From Candidatus Woesearchaeota archaeon (lineage in GTDB: Archaea; Nanobdellota; Nanobdellia; Woesearchaeales; UBA10216), in contig JACPTG010000004.1 of NCBI GenBank assembly GCA_016192905.1, positions 5,745-69,744 of the forward strand: 64,000 nt of DNA. The letters are read 5' to 3'. Of the stretch, positions 26,778 through 35,367 are shown one piece after another. Numbering within the stretch: position 1 is the first letter of the stretch; the number at the start of each line of letters is the position of its first letter. The notes beneath the pieces were generated by a model that saw only the letters and a list, made by a program, of their open reading frames with translations, ran no database searches and had not been told where the DNA came from. Made by a program: the position numbers and the translations under genes.

Positions 26778-27668
26778 TCACACCTTGAAGCGCATGAAAT
26801 CATCTGCGCCTGTTGAATTGCTAAAAACTGTCCTGGCGCTTTCCACAATCCGGCCTGTTTCCTTATAGCGCTGGGAGAAGTGCGTGAGTATGAGCCTTTT
26901 AACACCTGCCTGGTTTGCAATGCTGGCTGCCTGCCTGGCTGTAAGGTGCTTATACTTCCCAGCCTTCTCCTCCAAGTCATCATCATAAGTCGCCTCGCAA
27001 ATAAATGCGTCAGCCTCCATCGCAAGCTCCACAGCGTTATTGCAGACAGCAGTATCGGTCACGTAGCACAGCTTTTTCCCCTTCTGCAAATAGCTTACCT
27101 GCTCCGGGTTAACTGTTTCGCCCTTCCATTTTATGCCATGACCCTCAGCAAGCTGGCCGACCAATGGCCCTTCAGGAATCCCAAGGCTTTTTAGAGCCTC
27201 AACATTTATCCTTCGCCTATCCCTCTCAACAATGCTGAATCCAAGGCAAGGCGTTGAATGGTCCAATGGGAGGGCTTCCATAAAATATTCCCTGTCCTCA
27301 AAGAATACCCTCTTTGCAATGTCATGCACCTCTGTCTCAAAGCGGTCCTCAAACACAAGCGCCTTCTTCAGAAGCTCAAACCTCTTCCTGGTGCCTCTCG
27401 GGCCATAGATATGGAGAGTTCCAGGATAATCCATAGAGCCCATGGTCTGCACAAGCCCAGGCAATCCAAGAACATGGTCGCCATGCCAGTGGGTCAGGAG
27501 GATTTTTGTGATTTTCGTAAGGCTGATTCCAGCTGACTTAAGCTGCCTCTGCGTGCCCTCACCGCAGTCCAGAAGAATGCCCTGGTCCCTGTAAGTAACA
27601 AAGATGCCTGCATGGTTCCGCTCCTTAGTGGGAACCATTGAGCTTGTGCCAAGGAACAGGGCTTCCAT
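26778..27668 (-). CDS. rnz: Ribonuclease Z (tRNA 3' endonuclease, metallo-beta-lactamase fold)
   Basis: MEALFLGTSSMVPTKERNHAGIFV...LLDCGEGTQRQL...LTHWHGDHVLGLPGL carries the HxHxDH motif. Length is 296 aa. Confidence 0.9.
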   Translation of the reverse strand: MEALFLGTSSMVPTKERNHAGIFVTYRDQGILLDCGEGTQRQLKSAGISLTKITKILLTHWHGDHVLGLPGLVQTMGSMDYPGTLHIYGPRGTRKRFELLKKALVFEDRFETEVHDIAKRVFFEDREYFMEALPLDHSTPCLGFSIVERDRRRINVEALKSLGIPEGPLVGQLAEGHGIKWKGETVNPEQVSYLQKGKKLCYVTDTAVCNNAVELAMEADAFICEATYDDDLEEKAGKYKHLTARQAASIANQAGVKRLILTHFSQRYKETGRIVESARTVFSNSTGADDFMRFKV

Positions 27669-27753
27669 ACCGGATAGCGCAGCAGCCGGCTATTTAAGCA
27701 TTTGCCGAAAAAGCTGCAAAAGCTTTTAAACCGCATTGGTTCCCGGAAAGCGC

Positions 27754-28287
27754 ATGACCAAAGACATAGTGAAGGCATTCCTCTCCCATGAAAGAGTCAT
27801 AACCGAGAACACAGACTCGGCCAGGGAACTATACAACCAGGGAAGGTATGGAAAGCTTACGAAAGACGGGGCTGTGCAGCTATCGCTAATTGAAGCATAT
27901 TACCTGATGGAGAAGGAGCGCGTTGAAATAATTGATGGAAGGAACAAGCCTGTGCCTCCAGAAAAGCTGATGAAGAAGTCTTCCAAGATTGAGCCCAGCT
28001 TCTGGATAAGGCACTGCGTGTACAGGGACATAAGGGAGCGGGGATACATAATCAAGACAGCGCTGAAGTTTGGGGCAGACTTCAGGATTTACGACAGGGG
28101 CGTAAAGCCAGGAGAAGACCACGCCCGCTGGATAGTGTATCCAGTCCACGAGGCAGAGCACCTGACCTGGTATGAGTTCGCAGCCAAGAACAGGGTCGCG
28201 CACTCAACAAAGAAAAGACTTCTGATAGCGGTGGTTGATGACGAGGAAGATGTTTCTTACTGGGAGTGCAGGTGGCTGAGGCCTTAG
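27754..28287 (+). CDS. endA: tRNA-splicing endonuclease
   Basis: YRDIRERGYIIKTALKFGADFRIYDRG...HARWIVYPV is typical of the EndA catalytic domain. The first ATG is at 27754 (the track start at 27736 is TTG). A ttttaaa element lies about 25 nt upstream. Confidence 0.85.
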   Translation: MTKDIVKAFLSHERVITENTDSARELYNQGRYGKLTKDGAVQLSLIEAYYLMEKERVEIIDGRNKPVPPEKLMKKSSKIEPSFWIRHCVYRDIRERGYIIKTALKFGADFRIYDRGVKPGEDHARWIVYPVHEAEHLTWYEFAAKNRVAHSTKKRLLIAVVDDEEDVSYWECRWLRP

Positions 28288-28526
28288 ATTTTATTCAATC
28301 CTGAATTTCCGGCTGGCTCGAAAAATTTGCGAAAATGCCTGCGAAATTGAAGAAATTTCCGGCAATTACGAATATTCTGCAACTATTTCCGCAAATTTTT
28401 CGGAAAAAACCGGCATAATTTTATAAAGGATAATGCACCATATGATTTTGTGATTAACCAAATAGTAAAATTTGAGGGCTTCAAGGATTTCTTTACAGGC
28501 CCCTATGACGTAGCCCTCTTTTTGCT

Positions 28527-28847
28527 ATGGGTTCTTTCACTTGTTTACTGGTCAAAACAGGTGCTGTTTTCATGATAAGGATAACGCCTGACAGACTTAT
28601 CAAGGCAATTATCATATTTTTTGCAGCTTTCCTAATATACAATGTAATACTGAAACTGCTTGGAGGCAGCCTTACCAATGACCAGATATTGTTCTCCTTC
28701 CTTATAGCCGGGCTTTCCATACTTTATAATAATTCAAAGGGGCTGGCCAGGCTGGAGGCAAAATTTGACATGCTGGAAAAAAGCTTCAGAATGCTTGCCG
28801 ATGATTTCCGGAACCACTCCCATAAACACGGCAAAATAGGCTTTTAG
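28527..28847 (+). CDS. Small membrane protein, hypothetical
   Basis: Two hydrophobic segments (IIIFFAAFLIYNVILKLL and ILFSFLIAGLSILY) precede a charged C-terminal tail. No family recognised. Confidence 0.45.
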   Translation: MGSFTCLLVKTGAVFMIRITPDRLIKAIIIFFAAFLIYNVILKLLGGSLTNDQILFSFLIAGLSILYNNSKGLARLEAKFDMLEKSFRMLADDFRNHSHKHGKIGF

Positions 28848-28859
28848 GCGGCTGAGGCC

Positions 28860-29159
28860 TTAGCGCTTCGCAAGCTCCCCTATTGTGTAGCCTGCTATTA
28901 TTCCGAAGTATAATGGAGCAGCGCTGTGAAAGACTGCTTTTTCCAAGCTTCCACTTACCATATACCTGTTTAGGCCAATAGTTGCAGAAAATGCAAGACC
29001 TTCCAGCAATGTCTCAATGCCGCTGTTTTCAAATCTTGATTGCGAAACTCCCAAATAAAACCCTACTGAAAAGCAAATTGCATCCCCCGCATACATGCGC
29101 AGCCATTCCGATGCTTTTCCCCCCAGTTTGGGCATTTCATTAGGATGAACAACAGGCAT
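28860..29159 (-). CDS. Small membrane protein, hypothetical
   Basis: 99 aa with ATG at 29159 and Gly/Ala-rich hydrophobic segments. No family recognised. Confidence 0.45.
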   Translation of the reverse strand: MPVVHPNEMPKLGGKASEWLRMYAGDAICFSVGFYLGVSQSRFENSGIETLLEGLAFSATIGLNRYMVSGSLEKAVFHSAAPLYFGIIAGYTIGELAKR

Positions 29160-29216
29160 CTTCTTATTTTTTCCGCCTCAAAAGCTTTTTATAACATTCC
29201 AGCCCGCCTATAGCCT

Positions 29217-30137
29217 ATGAACCAGGAACAGGTGCTTGAGCTTGTCAAGGAGCGCGGGCCGGTCATACCCTCACAGATATCAAAGGACCTCAACACAAAC
29301 ATACTCCTGGCGTCAGCAATCCTTTCTGACTTCGCATCAAGGAACCTTGTGAAGGTGAGCAGCCTGAAGATTGGCGGCTCGCCGCTATACTACCTCACCG
29401 GGCAGGAAGTGAAGCTCCAGGACTACATGGCAAGGCTTAACCCTGTGGAAAAGCGGGCATGCGAGCTGCTGAGGGAAAAAGAAGTTTTGCGCGACAGCAC
29501 GCTTGACCCCCAGACAAGGGTTGCGCTTCGCCAGGCCAAAGACTTCGCCAGGCCGCTTGAGGTGACTTTTGACAAGCAAAAGGAAATATTCTGGAAATGG
29601 TACCTTGCCCCGAATGAAAAGGCAGAGGCCTCAATCAGGCGTGAGCTGGAAAGGCAGGAACTGGTTAAAAAGCCGGCTGCGGAGGTTGCCAAGGCAAGGG
29701 AACAAATGGCTGAAGTTGCCAAGCCAAAGCCAGCGAAGCCTGCGGCAAGACTGGAGCAGGAGATTTCAAGGCCCAGACCTGCTGTGAAGGCTGAGCAGCC
29801 TGAAGTCCTGAAAACCAAAGAATCGTCGGATAATTTCCAGCAAAAAGTGATGAAATTCCTTGAGGGGAAAGGAATCTCTGTCATTGAGCAAAAGGACGCC
29901 AGGGGCTCGGAACTCTCATGCACAGTCAAAGTCCCAAATCCAATCGGCGCGATTTCATACTTCTGCCATGCAAAGAACAAAAAGTCATGCACTGAAGCAG
30001 ACCTAAGCTATGCCTTAGTGCAGGGCCAGGTCAGGAAGATGCCTGTGTTATTCCTGACTTCAGGCGAGCCCACCAAGAAAGCCCAGGAGCTGCTACAAGC
30101 CCCTGAATTCAGCTCGCTGACTTTTGTAAAACTATAA
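29217..30137 (+). CDS. Putative winged-helix DNA-binding protein with charged linker, hypothetical
   Basis: The N-terminal EQVLELVKERGPVIPSQISKDLNTNILLASAILSDFASRNLVKV looks like a wHTH. A K/E/A-rich linker and a conserved-looking C-terminal domain follow. A TATA-like ttttataac lies about 25 nt upstream. Confidence 0.6.
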   Translation: MNQEQVLELVKERGPVIPSQISKDLNTNILLASAILSDFASRNLVKVSSLKIGGSPLYYLTGQEVKLQDYMARLNPVEKRACELLREKEVLRDSTLDPQTRVALRQAKDFARPLEVTFDKQKEIFWKWYLAPNEKAEASIRRELERQELVKKPAAEVAKAREQMAEVAKPKPAKPAARLEQEISRPRPAVKAEQPEVLKTKESSDNFQQKVMKFLEGKGISVIEQKDARGSELSCTVKVPNPIGAISYFCHAKNKKSCTEADLSYALVQGQVRKMPVLFLTSGEPTKKAQELLQAPEFSSLTFVKL

Positions 30138-30144
30138 TTACAAA

Positions 30145-30190
30145 TAGCAGGCTGTGGCTGCCTGGTTTGAGTTGCCCCTACCGGGAGTTA
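30145..30190 (+). repeat. MITE-like intergenic repeat, copy B (L-arm type, truncated)
   Basis: Sequence is tagcaggctgtggctgcctggtttgagttgcccctaccgggag. It begins 8 nt after the stop of 29217..30137. Confidence 0.7.
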
Positions 30191-30257
30191 TGCCACTAGG
30201 CTACACAACCAAGCAAATGCGACAAGCTTAATAAAAACAGCGTAATACTTCCCTAAC

Positions 30258-31283
30258 ATGGGAGTCCAGATAACTGAGATTCTTGAAGGGCACAAGATAA
30301 GCATTGACGAGCTCTCTGGACGGATACTGGCTGTTGACGCGCCAAACCACCTTTACCAGTTCCTGACCACAATAAGGGCAAGGGACGGCTCTGCATTCAC
30401 AGACTCCCATGGAAACATAACCTCGCACCTCATAGGGCTTTTCTCCAGGTCAGCCAACCTAATGCAAAAAGGGCTAAAGCTTGCGTATGTGTTCGACGGC
30501 CCGGCCCCCCACCTAAAGTTCAGGGAGCTTGAAAAAAGAAAGGCCCTAAAGCAGGAGGCTGAGAAAAAATACCAGGAAGCTGTGAGGCAGGGAGATGAGC
30601 AGGCAGCAAGGCAGCTTGCAGGACGCTTCTCCAGGCTGACTCCTGAAATGATAAAAGAGGCAAAGGCGCTCATGGAGGGACTCGGGATTCCACATGTTGA
30701 CTCCCCTTCAGAAGCCGAGGCACAGGCTTCCTTCATGGCTGCAAGAGGCGACGCCTTTGCTGTGGCTTCGCAGGACGCGGACTGCTTCCTGTTTGGAGCG
30801 CCAAGGCTTATAAGGAACCTTTCAGTAACAGGCAGAAGAAAGGCTGCCGGAAAGCTGGCGTACTCAACCATCAGCCCAGAGCTCTTTTCGCTGGAGGAGA
30901 ACCTAAGGCGGCTGAAAATCACAAGGGAACAGCTGATAGCGCTATGCATGCTTGTTGGCACTGACTACGATTCAGGAGGAATACGCGGCTACGGCCCGAA
31001 AAAGGCGCTGGAACTTGTAAGAAAATCCGGCACGGATTTTGAAACTGCATTCACGCAGGTGAAATGGAGCGATAATTTTGACGTGCCATGGAAGGACGTG
31101 TTCAGCCTATTCAAAAACGCAGAGGTTACAGGGAACTACAGGCTTTCATGGAAAACGCCTGACAGGGAACGCGTAATAAACCTGCTTTGCAATGAGCATG
31201 ATTTCTCACCAGAGCGCGTGAACTCAACCCTTGACACAATTGGCCGGGCCACGCCCCAAAAAGGCCTGGGGGACTTCTTCTGA
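30258..31283 (+). CDS. fen: Flap endonuclease 1
   Basis: MGVQITEILEGHKISIDELSGRILAVDAPNHLYQFLTTIRARDGSAFTDSHGNITSHLIGLFSRSANLMQKGLKLAYVFDG is a canonical FEN1/XPG N-domain. Length is 341 aa. Confidence 0.95.
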   Translation: MGVQITEILEGHKISIDELSGRILAVDAPNHLYQFLTTIRARDGSAFTDSHGNITSHLIGLFSRSANLMQKGLKLAYVFDGPAPHLKFRELEKRKALKQEAEKKYQEAVRQGDEQAARQLAGRFSRLTPEMIKEAKALMEGLGIPHVDSPSEAEAQASFMAARGDAFAVASQDADCFLFGAPRLIRNLSVTGRRKAAGKLAYSTISPELFSLEENLRRLKITREQLIALCMLVGTDYDSGGIRGYGPKKALELVRKSGTDFETAFTQVKWSDNFDVPWKDVFSLFKNAEVTGNYRLSWKTPDRERVINLLCNEHDFSPERVNSTLDTIGRATPQKGLGDFF

Positions 31284-32074
31284 TGGAATCACGGCGAAGC
31301 TTTGACGTGATAGGCAGCATAGCAATAATCGAAGTGCCGTACGGATTGCCCAGAAAGGATGCCGCGGCCTATGAGAAGAATGCTGGGCAGCTGATTCTGG
31401 CAGCGCACAAGAATGTAAAAACAGTTGTGGCCAGGACAGGGGCGCACACAGGCGTATTCAGGCTGCAAAGGCTGAAGCATCTTGCGGGCGAGAAAACAAA
31501 GGAAACAACGCATAAGGAGAATGGCGTCATGCTGAAGCTTGATGTTGGAAAAGTCTATTTTTCACCGAGACTGTCAGGAGAGAGGCTGAGGGTAGCAGGG
31601 CAAGTTAAGCCTGGTGAGAAAATCCTTGTGATGTTCTCAGGATGCGGGCCATACCCGCTTGTGATTGCCAGGAATTCAAAGGCTGCCGAGATTGTGGGCG
31701 TGGAGATAAACCCTGCCGCACACAAGTACGCTATGGAAAATGCCAAGCTGAACAAGATTACAAATGTACGCCTGCTTAAAGGAGATGCAGGAAAAACAGT
31801 TCCCAGGCTAAAAGGGAAATTTGACAGGATAGTCATGCCCCTTCCAAAAGGAGCCGAGGAGTTCCTTGCAACTGCAATAAAGGCGGCAAGGAAAGGGGCA
31901 GTAATCCACTACTACGACTTCCTGCCTGAAAATGACATTCCCAAAGCTTCCAATAAGAAAATAAAAGACGCCTGCCTGAAAGCAGGCAGAAAAGCAAGAA
32001 TCCTGAACGTCGTGAAATGCGGCCAGCTTGCGCCAAGGGCGTACAGGGTATGCGTGGATTTCAGAGTGGATTAA
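31283..32074 (+). CDS. Met-10+/Trm5-family SAM-dependent tRNA methyltransferase
   Basis: SFDVIGSIAIIEV...VMFSGCGPYPLVIA...VGVEINPAAHKYAMENAKLNK fits this family. The start overlaps the fen stop (TGATG). Confidence 0.8.
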   Translation: MESRRSFDVIGSIAIIEVPYGLPRKDAAAYEKNAGQLILAAHKNVKTVVARTGAHTGVFRLQRLKHLAGEKTKETTHKENGVMLKLDVGKVYFSPRLSGERLRVAGQVKPGEKILVMFSGCGPYPLVIARNSKAAEIVGVEINPAAHKYAMENAKLNKITNVRLLKGDAGKTVPRLKGKFDRIVMPLPKGAEEFLATAIKAARKGAVIHYYDFLPENDIPKASNKKIKDACLKAGRKARILNVVKCGQLAPRAYRVCVDFRVD

Positions 32075-32078
32075 TTAT

Positions 32079-32165
32079 TGCAGGCTAACCCTTCGTGTAC
32101 TAACGCAAAGAAATCCAAACGCAAATGAACGAGCACCGAACGAAGAAAACTATTCCTGCAGCCTG
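32079..32165 (+). repeat. MITE-like intergenic repeat, copy C (R-arm type, degenerate)
   Basis: Sequence runs tgcaggctaacccttcgtgtac...cgaacgaag...cctgcagcctg, with imperfect terminal inverted repeats. It starts 5 nt after the stop of the methyltransferase gene. Confidence 0.55.
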
Positions 32166-32309
32166 GCAACAAGTTTATATACGCCCGTTCCATCCCCTTT
32201 CAGCGCGCGATGATTTTGTGAACACCCGCTGAGGCTCACGCCTGTGAGGAACGGAAGTAACTTATGAGCGCGCATTAAAAATATAAGCCCTGATGCAAAC
32301 CCTCCTTCT

Positions 32310-32909
32310 ATGGCTGTTGACGCCGACAATATAACACGCCTTGTCTCAGCGCTCTATTCCCTAGCAAGGGGAACCTGGGGGAGGCATCTCCTGTACAGGC
32401 CTGCAATTGAAGAGGCCCTTGCGTACAGGGCAACTGTGAGTTTTTCAGTTATTCCTGAAGCCGCCCTTGAAGATGCTAAGCGCGCCATCGTTTCAGCATT
32501 TTGCCAGATTTCCAGCATCCGGACCTCAGAATATTACGCCCCTGATTTAGAGCACTGCCACCACCTGTTATTCTCAGCCTCAGCCGTCAGGAGAATTGCG
32601 CGCTGTCACTTTCCCGAAGCTGACTTCAGGCCGCAGATAATAGGCTACCTCCTTGACTTCGGCCTGCCTGACAGAAATGCAGAAATGCTTGCTGAGGTTC
32701 TTGTAGGGCCTCCAGTCCTCTACAATGGAGGGCCTGCGGATTTCAGGGCATTCTTAAACGGAAACGCGCATGGATTGGAACGCAGACTCCTCGCCTTTTT
32801 TTCGGCTGAGCTTAAGACCCTGAACACTGTCTTCAGGCAGGAAGCCTTCACAAAGCCATATGCCGCTGGCGCTGTGGAAGCGGCCCAGGCACTTATAAGA
32901 AACCCTTAG
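32310..32909 (+). CDS. Hypothetical protein
   Basis: 199-aa ORF with ATG at 32310 and aaaaatataa about 25 nt upstream. No motif recognised. Confidence 0.55.
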   Translation: MAVDADNITRLVSALYSLARGTWGRHLLYRPAIEEALAYRATVSFSVIPEAALEDAKRAIVSAFCQISSIRTSEYYAPDLEHCHHLLFSASAVRRIARCHFPEADFRPQIIGYLLDFGLPDRNAEMLAEVLVGPPVLYNGGPADFRAFLNGNAHGLERRLLAFFSAELKTLNTVFRQEAFTKPYAAGAVEAAQALIRNP

Positions 32910-34048
32910 CCAAACATCTGCCTGTAATCAGTATCCTCTGACTCGCCCCTCTGCCTTACCTTGCCAACCGCCGCAATAAAGTCCTGGTGGAATACTTTTG
33001 GCCTGCCAGCCCTTATCGCGAAATAGCCTGCCTCTGTGCAGACTGACTTGATATCAGCGCCTGACATTCCCTCTGACAGCTCAACCAGCTTGTCAAAATC
33101 TGTAGAAACCGCATTCATCCTCTTCGCATGTATCTGGTAAATCTCCTGCCTGCCTTTCCTGTCAGGAACTGGAACGTGTATCTGCCTTTCAAGCCTTCCC
33201 GGCCTCATCACAGCAGGGTCAAGAATATCCCTCCTGTTAGTGCAGCCAATCACCTTTATGTTCCCCAGGCTTTTGAAGCCGTCTATTTCAGCGAGAAGCT
33301 GCATGAAGGTCCTCTGTACCTCCCTTTCGCCGCTGGTCCCAAGCTCTATCCTCCTGGCTGCAATCGCATCCACCTCATCAATGAAAATTATGCTTGGCGC
33401 CCTTTCCCTCGCAAGCTGGAATATTTCCTTGACCATCTTAGCGCCCTCGCCTATGAACTTCTGCACGAGCTCAGAGCCGACAATCTCAATGAAAGTTGAG
33501 TTCGTACTGGACGCAACCGCCTTCGCAAGCATTGTCTTGCCTGTGCCAGGAGGGCCGTGGAGCAGAATCCCCTTTGGAGGCTCAATGCCGACCTGCTCAA
33601 ACAGCTCAGGCCTGAGAAGCGGAGTCTCAATAACCTCCCTTATCTCATCTATCTGGCCCTGCATGCCGCCTATATCCTGCCATGAAAGACTTGGCCGCTC
33701 CACTATCACAAATTTCTCAACATTGTGCCTCCTTGAGCTCCTGGCCTTCTTTACAATAGTAAGATTCTTTTGCTCCACAAAAACAGCGTCGCCAGGCCTC
33801 AGCTTCTCGCAGGCTGACGCCACCTCAACCAGGAACTGGTTTCCGTTCGGAATCTTGATTATTGCCTGAAGCCCGTGAACCTCGCGAATCTCGCACAGCA
33901 TCAATGGGGAGCGCCTGTACCTGTCTATCTCGCCCCGCAGCTGGCTTATGGTCTCCCTCAGCATCTGCCCCTCCTCCTCCAGCTGGTTGATGTCCACAGT
34001 ATAGCCATATATAATCTCGCTGAGCTTCTCCTCATTGGACTTCATCAT
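32906..34048 (-). CDS. pan: Proteasome-activating nucleotidase (AAA+ ATPase)
   Basis: Coiled-coil N-terminus, then GILLHGPPGTGKTMLAKA (Walker A), IIFIDEVDAI (Walker B) and a second region of homology. The ATG at 34048 forms an ATGA overlap with the pmbA stop. The longer track start (34303) would lie inside pmbA. Confidence 0.9.
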   Translation of the reverse strand: MMKSNEEKLSEIIYGYTVDINQLEEEGQMLRETISQLRGEIDRYRRSPLMLCEIREVHGLQAIIKIPNGNQFLVEVASACEKLRPGDAVFVEQKNLTIVKKARSSRRHNVEKFVIVERPSLSWQDIGGMQGQIDEIREVIETPLLRPELFEQVGIEPPKGILLHGPPGTGKTMLAKAVASSTNSTFIEIVGSELVQKFIGEGAKMVKEIFQLARERAPSIIFIDEVDAIAARRIELGTSGEREVQRTFMQLLAEIDGFKSLGNIKVIGCTNRRDILDPAVMRPGRLERQIHVPVPDRKGRQEIYQIHAKRMNAVSTDFDKLVELSEGMSGADIKSVCTEAGYFAIRAGRPKVFHQDFIAAVGKVRQRGESEDTDYRQMFG

Positions 34049-35367
34049 TCCGCTGACCTGGTTATCCTGACGTTGCCCACCAGAATTACCGGAGTTGTCA
34101 GCGGGGTTTCCATTTCCCAGCTCATTACCTGCCTGGACCTGTTCCCCAGGTGCCTGCTCTTCATGAGCATGTCCAGCATGTTGTCGCTGATCCTGACCCC
34201 CTTTACTGGCCTGGCTACCCTGCCCTTTTCTATCAAAAATGTTCCGTCCCTCGGTATTGTTGAAAATTCGCCTGTAGTGTAGTTCTGGAATCTGGTGTAC
34301 CATGTGTTGGTTACCAGAATTCCGCGCTTCACTTTTTCAACCAATTCATCTTTATTAAGGTTTCCTTTTTCAATAACCGGGTTAAAGGCGCGGGGAGCTA
34401 TAATGCCTGCGTTTCCTGTTGACTTTGCCCCATACCTTGCTGCGGTTGATGCGCTGTGCAGGTAGCTCCTCAGAATCCCATTCCTTATTATTTCAGTCCT
34501 CTGAGCCGGGAAGCCCTCCTCATCAAACTTTCTTGAGCCTGCACCGAAATCTGAAACAGGGTCATCTGCCATGCTGAATGACGTGTCAGCAACCCTCTTC
34601 CCAATCTTACCGCCAAAAAAGGAAAGGCCGGACTCCACATAAAACGGCGATGCGGAGTTTGCAACGGCCTCAAACAGGTTGGCGGCAGGCAAATGCTCTA
34701 AAATCACGTCATAAGTTCCTGGCGGCATGGACTTAGGCATTTTAGACTGTGTGGCTATTAGTGCGGATTCCTCTGCCGCCTCCCTGTAGTTGAATCCCTC
34801 CATGCCCGCAGAAACGCTTACTGAGTGGCCTGAGCCCTCATTTTCAGAAAAGCTGCGCATGGAGAAGTAAGCCCGGCTCATCCTGTCGCTGGCAGCCACG
34901 CCGCCTGATGTCAGCGTATGCAGGCTTACTGATGACTTCTCTGCAAGCCCGGCGGTTCTCTTTGCGCCATTAGCCAGTCCAATGTTAATTGACTCCCTGA
35001 CGCAATCCGCCAAATCTATGCTTTCAACAGCGGCATCGTAGTTTCTTACCTGCCTGTATTTGAATGGCCCCCTGGCAACCCCCCTAAATTCGCTGTTACC
35101 GCTTACAGCCTTTGAAAACTGCAGCAGCCTGGCAACAGCCCTGTCTGCTGACAGCCTGTCCGGCTGCGACTCAGTAAAAACTGTCCGCCTGTTTATGCAT
35201 GCAAAAACAGAAATTGAAGATGCCATCCACCTTTGGGTTATACTTACCTTGTTGTTCGCAAACTTCACCTGCGCCCTATCCTTCTGCTCGGCTGTTATGG
35301 CATAATCCTGCGCAATCGCCGAAAGCTTTTTCGCAATATACTCAGAAACGTCTATGGCCTTGTTCAT
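34045..35367 (-). CDS. pmbA: PmbA/TldE-family metalloprotease partner
   Basis: 440 aa with PmbA_TldD-family similarity throughout (for example GILVTNTWYTRF). There is an ATGA overlap with the tldD stop at 35364-35367. Confidence 0.85.
   Translation of the reverse strand: MNKAIDVSEYIAKKLSAIAQDYAITAEQKDRAQVKFANNKVSITQRWMASSISVFACINRRTVFTESQPDRLSADRAVARLLQFSKAVSGNSEFRGVARGPFKYRQVRNYDAAVESIDLADCVRESINIGLANGAKRTAGLAEKSSVSLHTLTSGGVAASDRMSRAYFSMRSFSENEGSGHSVSVSAGMEGFNYREAAEESALIATQSKMPKSMPPGTYDVILEHLPAANLFEAVANSASPFYVESGLSFFGGKIGKRVADTSFSMADDPVSDFGAGSRKFDEEGFPAQRTEIIRNGILRSYLHSASTAARYGAKSTGNAGIIAPRAFNPVIEKGNLNKDELVEKVKRGILVTNTWYTRFQNYTTGEFSTIPRDGTFLIEKGRVARPVKGVRISDNMLDMLMKSRHLGNRSRQVMSWEMETPLTTPVILVGNVRITRSAE

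Noticed and set aside
28288-28526. Possible replication origin in the repeat-rich AT-rich spacer
   Set aside because: I could find no ORB or mini-ORB-like consensus (TTCCAGTGGAAA-type), and there is no adjacent orc1/cdc6 gene. It is kept only as a low-interest regulatory-spacer observation.
34049-34303. 85-codon N-terminal extension of PAN in the ORF track
   Set aside because: It lies inside the pmbA coding region in another frame and is low-complexity (GNGNPADNSGNSGG). An ATG at 34048 forms an ATGA junction with the pmbA stop and is followed immediately by the expected coiled-coil start of PAN.
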